Source: an uncultured SAR86 cluster bacterium
GTDB taxonomy: Bacteria; Pseudomonadota; Gammaproteobacteria; Magnimaribacterales; D2472
Assembly: GCA_964275345.1 (NCBI GenBank)
Contig: CAXYBK010000003.1
Location: 334,797 to 398,796, forward strand
Direction: 5' to 3'
DNA length: 64,000 bases
The notes under the pieces: generated by a model
Database searches by the model: none
Told to the model about the DNA's origin: nothing
The model's input: only the letters and a program-made list of their open reading frames with translations
Program-made: the position numbers and the translations under genes
Shown: in pieces, positions 59,766 through 64,000 of the stretch
Layout: the number at the start of each line of letters is the position of its first letter
Position numbering within the stretch: the first letter of the stretch is position 1

Positions 59766-61001
59766 TTTTTTAGTTACTTCAAGCAACTTAAGACTTCCAA
59801 TCTTAGGCAAACCTTCTTTGTATGTAATTTCAGCTTCACCTTTAATTAAGGGCTTTAGATATTCCATAGCTTTCTTTGTTATGCCATAGCCATCTTTAGT
59901 AATAAAACTTTTCGGTAATTTTTTTTCGATGTTAGCTATCTTGGATAATGGTGCAGCTTCTATCTTCCATGAATAATTTTTTGTTTTACCCCTTACTATA
60001 ATCGGCATAACACTATTCATTCCTCTAACGGCATATTCAATTGCCTTTGCTCCGACAGCTTGAGCCTGCAATAAATCAGTTTTAGAGGAAAGATGACGAG
60101 CACTTCTTTGTAAATAGTCAGGAACAGCCCAATGAGTTTTTAATTTTAGATTACTCGTTACTAAATTTGATAGATAGGGTGCTACACCTCCAAGTTGAGC
60201 ATGCCCAAAAGAATCAGTGGTGCTTGATTCAGTTAAAAACTTCCCTTTAGAATTCCTTATACCTTCAGAAGCTACTACTACACAATACCCATCTAGAGCT
60301 ACAGATTTTTTAACTTTGGCCAGAAAATTCTTTTGGTTAAAGTTAATTTCAGGAAATAAGATAATATGAGGAGCATTGGTGTTTTCATTTTTTGCCAAAC
60401 CTCCAGCAGCTGCTATCCAGCCTGCATGCCGCCCCATAACTTCAAGAATAAATACTTTTGTGGAGGATTCTGACATTGATTTAAGATCCAAAGAAGCCTC
60501 TAAGGTTGAAGTTGCGATATATTTAGCAACCGAACCAAACCCAGGACAGCAGTCTGTTAGAGCAAGGTCATTATCGACTGTCTTCGGGATAGCAATGCAC
60601 TTAATATCATAACCAACTTTTGCGCCTAGTTTTGATATTTTAAAGGCGGTATCAGCTGAATCATTTCCACCATTATAAAAAAAATATCCAATATCATGGG
60701 CTTTAAATACCTCTATAAGTCTTTCATACTCACTAGCATCTTCATCGTAATTTTTTAATTTATACCTACATGATCCAAAGGCGCCGCCTGGAACTTCCAT
60801 CAGATTTTTTATAGATGACAATGATTCCTTAGAAGTATCTATAAGCTCTTCTCTTAAAGCTCCAATAATTCCATTCTTTCCAGCATAAACTTTTCCAATA
60901 TGATTAGGATATTTTTTAGCTGTAAGAATCAAAGATGCAGCAGTTGCATTAATGACGGAGGTGACTCCACCTGATTGGGCATAAAAAGCATTTCTTTTCA
61001 T
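59748..61001 (-). CDS. 6-phosphofructokinase family enzyme, probably pyrophosphate-dependent
   Basis: 417 aa with N-terminal AQSGG.TSVIN, GGNDS, and PKTVDND (Lys where ATP-PFKs have Gly in PGTIDND). Confidence 0.8.
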   Translation of the reverse strand: MKRNAFYAQSGGVTSVINATAASLILTAKKYPNHIGKVYAGKNGIIGALREELIDTSKESLSSIKNLMEVPGGAFGSCRYKLKNYDEDASEYERLIEVFKAHDIGYFFYNGGNDSADTAFKISKLGAKVGYDIKCIAIPKTVDNDLALTDCCPGFGSVAKYIATSTLEASLDLKSMSESSTKVFILEVMGRHAGWIAAAGGLAKNENTNAPHIILFPEINFNQKNFLAKVKKSVALDGYCVVVASEGIRNSKGKFLTESSTTDSFGHAQLGGVAPYLSNLVTSNLKLKTHWAVPDYLQRSARHLSSKTDLLQAQAVGAKAIEYAVRGMNSVMPIIVRGKTKNYSWKIEAAPLSKIANIEKKLPKSFITKDGYGITKKAMEYLKPLIKGEAEITYKEGLPKIGSLKLLEVTKKLKRWI

Positions 61002-61064
61002 TTATTTATTTAAAATGTAATTTAGGCTATCGTATCAAAAAGTTCTTAATTAGATAAGTTTTAT

Positions 61065-62369
61065 ATGAAAATACACATACTTGGAATTTGCGGGACCTTC
61101 ATGGGGGGGTTGGCTCAAATTTTAAAGGAATCAGGACATGATATTACTGGGGCTGATAAACAGTTTTATCCACCCATGTCTGAACATCTAGAACAATTAA
61201 ATATTAATACCATAGAAGGTTATTCGGTTGAAACTATGCCTGATGCTGATCTATATATTATTGGCAATGCTCTCTCTAGGGGTAATGCTTGTGTAGAATT
61301 TATTTTAGATAAAAAATTATCATTCAAATCGGGCCCAGAAATGCTGGGAGAAATTTTAAAAGATAGAGACGTTATTGCTATATCTGGAACTCATGGAAAA
61401 ACATCAACAGCCTATATGACATGCCATATATTGCTATCACAAGGTTTAGATATTGGATTTTTAGTTGGCGGCATTAGCGACATGATTGATGGCTCAGCTA
61501 GGCTTGGTAAAGATAAATTATTTGTAATAGAAGCAGATGAATATGATTCTGCTTTCTTTGATAAGCGATCTAAATTTATCCACTATTCCCCAAATACTTT
61601 AGTTATCAACAATATAGAATTTGATCATGCCGACATTTTTAATGATTTAAATGATATTAAAAGACAGTTTCATCATTTAATAAAAATAATTCCAGAAAAT
61701 GGCAACATCATTTACTTTGATGAAGATAAAAATACAATCGATCTATTGAATCAAGGGAGTTGGTCGAATTTGGTTCCTATAGGGCCTAAAAATTTATACC
61801 GGATTGATGCAAATAATAATATTCATGCACTTGGCACTGATTATTCGTTAGATGGATTTGAAATGTTTGGTGCTCATAATACAAAAAATATACTAGCAGC
61901 AATCACAGCAGCTAATGTAAATGGAATCTCCATACAAGATTCCGTTAATGCATTAAAAGATTTTAAAGGTATAAAGAGAAGACTCGAACTTAAGTATGAA
62001 GATTCCTCAATGATGATAATAGATGATTTTGCTCATCATCCAACTGCAATACAATATTCAATTGACGCTGTAAAAAATAAATTTAATAACAGTAATGTTC
62101 TAGGTTTAATCGAATTAGGTTCGAATACTATGTCTGATGGAATTCATGGAGATGAAGTCATGATGGCGGCCTCTGCGCTTGATATGTCAGTTTGGCTAGA
62201 CTCAAAAGAGGTACTTCCAGATAAATGCTCGAATACATATATTACCGAAGCCCAATGCATAGAATTTATAATAAAAAATATAAATGATTTTGATATTCTT
62301 TTAATCATGACAAACAAAAATAGCGCAAGGCTATGGGGCCCAATAATTGAACACATTAAAAACAAATAA
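61065..62369 (+). CDS. mpl: UDP-N-acetylmuramate:L-alanyl-gamma-D-glutamyl-meso-DAP ligase
   Basis: The N-terminus MKIHILGICGTFMGGLA is diagnostic of Mpl. Mur ligase P-loop GTHGKTST. Confidence 0.9.
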   Translation: MKIHILGICGTFMGGLAQILKESGHDITGADKQFYPPMSEHLEQLNINTIEGYSVETMPDADLYIIGNALSRGNACVEFILDKKLSFKSGPEMLGEILKDRDVIAISGTHGKTSTAYMTCHILLSQGLDIGFLVGGISDMIDGSARLGKDKLFVIEADEYDSAFFDKRSKFIHYSPNTLVINNIEFDHADIFNDLNDIKRQFHHLIKIIPENGNIIYFDEDKNTIDLLNQGSWSNLVPIGPKNLYRIDANNNIHALGTDYSLDGFEMFGAHNTKNILAAITAANVNGISIQDSVNALKDFKGIKRRLELKYEDSSMMIIDDFAHHPTAIQYSIDAVKNKFNNSNVLGLIELGSNTMSDGIHGDEVMMAASALDMSVWLDSKEVLPDKCSNTYITEAQCIEFIIKNINDFDILLIMTNKNSARLWGPIIEHIKNK

Positions 62370-62946
62370 ACTTCCTGTATTTCCTTTAGGTCTTGTTGTT
62401 CTCCCAGGGACAATTCAATCACTTCAAATCTTTGAACCAAGATACATTGACATGGTTAAAAAATGTATGCGAGATTCTTCTGGTTTTGTTATTACACTGC
62501 AAAGTAAGTCCGATGGAGATATTGAATTCGGAATTGTAAAACAGGGAACATATGTAGAAATAATAGATTTTAATAATAATCCAAATGGTTTATTAGGCAT
62601 CACAGTTAAAGCTGTTAACAAGGTTGCTATAAAAGATATAGTTCAACAAGAAGATGCATTACATATTGCTGAAATTAAACCTCTTACAGATCCACTTGTT
62701 GATGATCAAGCGCTAATTGCTAAACATCCAGAACTTATAAATATTCTTATTCAATTAAAAGACCATCCTAAAATTAAAGTACTTCCTTTAGAAATAGATT
62801 TAACATCTGCAGATTCTGTTGCATACCACTTGGGCGGGTTAATACCTTTAACTTCTCAAGAAAAACAAAGTATTCTCGAGGCATTTGATGCATCGCAACG
62901 AATGAATATTTTATCTAGGTTGATTAATAAATTATCTGAGAAATAA
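62347..62946 (+). CDS. LON N-terminal (substrate-binding) domain protein
   Basis: 199 aa. LPVFPLGLVVLPG....LQIFEPRY matches the Lon N-domain start. Confidence 0.75.
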   Translation: MNTLKTNKLPVFPLGLVVLPGTIQSLQIFEPRYIDMVKKCMRDSSGFVITLQSKSDGDIEFGIVKQGTYVEIIDFNNNPNGLLGITVKAVNKVAIKDIVQQEDALHIAEIKPLTDPLVDDQALIAKHPELINILIQLKDHPKIKVLPLEIDLTSADSVAYHLGGLIPLTSQEKQSILEAFDASQRMNILSRLINKLSEK

Positions 62947-62957
62947 ATTACGTAAAT

Positions 62958-63389
62958 CTATATTTTTAGTGGGGCTTTATTAGATTTACTGCGAATCCAA
63001 TTTAAACTATTTAAAATTGCCGGATAAGAAACCATTTTTCTTTCTAGTTTAAATTTTCCTGGGTAGTCTACAAACAAGAAGCCTGTAACTATTGTCAATA
63101 ATCCCTGACCAGGTAGAACAAGCATCATTAACCCACCAATTATTAAAAAAGCTCCCAAAACATTTTTAATTACCAATATCATTAGTCTTAAAATAGGAGT
63201 TTTAACTTTCCAGAGCGAAGGATGTCTCGTTTCATGTAAGAAATAATTTTCTGGTATTTGAGCTACAAGCCAACTTATGCCAAGTAGGCTAAAAGTAAAT
63301 ATTAAAAGTGATGACCCGCCAAGCCACACCAATACTTGAGGATGTTCGCTAAACCAATTAAAAATACTATCTATGAGACCTAATTCCAC
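62958..63389 (-). CDS. small membrane protein (PGPGW-like)
   Basis: 143 aa with 3-4 TM helices and a LVLPGQGLLTI motif. Confidence 0.4.
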   Translation of the reverse strand: MELGLIDSIFNWFSEHPQVLVWLGGSSLLIFTFSLLGISWLVAQIPENYFLHETRHPSLWKVKTPILRLMILVIKNVLGAFLIIGGLMMLVLPGQGLLTIVTGFLFVDYPGKFKLERKMVSYPAILNSLNWIRSKSNKAPLKI

Positions 63390-63484
63390 TATTAATTTAT
63401 CTTTTTAACATATAATGTTTTAGTATATCTTATGACCCTTACTTGTAACTTAATTATCATTCCATCATAAAACTTTAAAAAATC

Positions 63485-63829
63485 TTGGCTAAATCAAAAT
63501 TAAAAGAAATCTGTCTCAATGCACTTGAGGATAATAAAGCAGAAGATATTCTAGCGCTTGATGTTAGAAAAATATCAACGTTTGCTGACTCTATAATTAT
63601 TGCATCTGCAAACTCAAATCGACATGCTAAATCTATCTCAGAAAAAGTAGTTGCTAGTGTAAAAGCCAGTAAAGAGTCTTTTTTAGGTGTTGAGGGTCAA
63701 AGTGAGTCAGGATGGATCCTAATAGACTGTGGCGAAGTTGTTATCAATATTATGAAAAATGAAATTAGAGAGTTTTATGACCTTGAAGGCCTTTGGGGAG
63801 AGACTACTCTTACTCAAACGCCTGAGTAA
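63485..63829 (+). CDS. rsfS: ribosomal silencing factor RsfS
   Basis: 114 aa (TTG start) with ..L.D.KA.DI..LDV......D..II.S..S.RH and LE.LW motifs. rlmH follows it. Confidence 0.88.
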   Translation: MAKSKLKEICLNALEDNKAEDILALDVRKISTFADSIIIASANSNRHAKSISEKVVASVKASKESFLGVEGQSESGWILIDCGEVVINIMKNEIREFYDLEGLWGETTLTQTPE

Positions 63830-64000
63830 TGAAATGTAATATTATTAGTGTTGGTCATAAACCTTCTAAATGGGAATCAGAAGGAATAAATTTTTATACC
63901 AAACAATTACCTAAGAATTTTGTAATTAACTATATTGATTTAAAGGGTAAACAACATCCTAAGATGTCAAAAGATGAAGTGCTTAAATTAGAAGAACATC
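63829..64000 (+). CDS. rlmH: 23S rRNA (pseudouridine1915-N3)-methyltransferase RlmH, 5' fragment (runs off the window)
   Basis: The ATG overlaps the rsfS stop (TAATG). MKCNIISVGHKPSKWESEGINFYTKQL.. matches the RlmH N-terminus, and rsfS-rlmH synteny is conserved. Confidence 0.8.
   Translation, partial: MKCNIISVGHKPSKWESEGINFYTKQLPKNFVINYIDLKGKQHPKMSKDEVLKLEEH

Overview
AT-rich, gene-dense core-chromosome segment. My spot counts give about 32% G+C in ordinary genes. The source is a marine gammaproteobacterium, most likely of the SAR86 clade: the rhodopsin at 47190..47942 matches, from memory, the original green-absorbing SAR86 (EBAC31A08) proteorhodopsin over nearly its whole length. Several E. 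coli-like neighbourhoods are conserved: zapA-ssrS-ygfA next to pepP-ubiH, rpmE/priA, nnr-tsaE-amiB, dksA...pcnB, tolC...parE-parC and rsfS-rlmH. I support about 65 protein genes, one stand-alone tRNA-Ile(GAU), a 6S RNA, a TPP riboswitch, two clear intrinsic terminators, three Fur-box-like palindromes and two repeat structures. I found no rRNA, CRISPR array, transposase, integrase or prophage. Items worth a second look: (1) a helically phased array of TGTACTCATA repeats in front of a tail-anchored protein whose N-terminus looks like an integrase arm-binding module; (2) a perfect Fur-type 7-1-7 palindrome in the proteorhodopsin promoter, nearly identical to the one upstream of the Fe(3+)-binding protein gene; (3) DksA with a histone-H1-like AKKPVAKKVV tandem-repeat N-terminal tail; (4) a TPP-riboswitch-controlled operon of TonB-dependent receptor, PnuC-like transporter and kinase, consistent with thiamine salvage; (5) a translationally coupled small P-loop kinase plus HxGH nucleotidyltransferase pair with raised G+C; (6) a polytopic membrane-anchored paraoxonase-like beta-propeller coupled to an alpha/beta hydrolase. 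At least five genes, including essential tyrS, are interrupted at short homopolymers or inside a tandem repeat. I read these as sequence-quality artefacts rather than pseudogenes.
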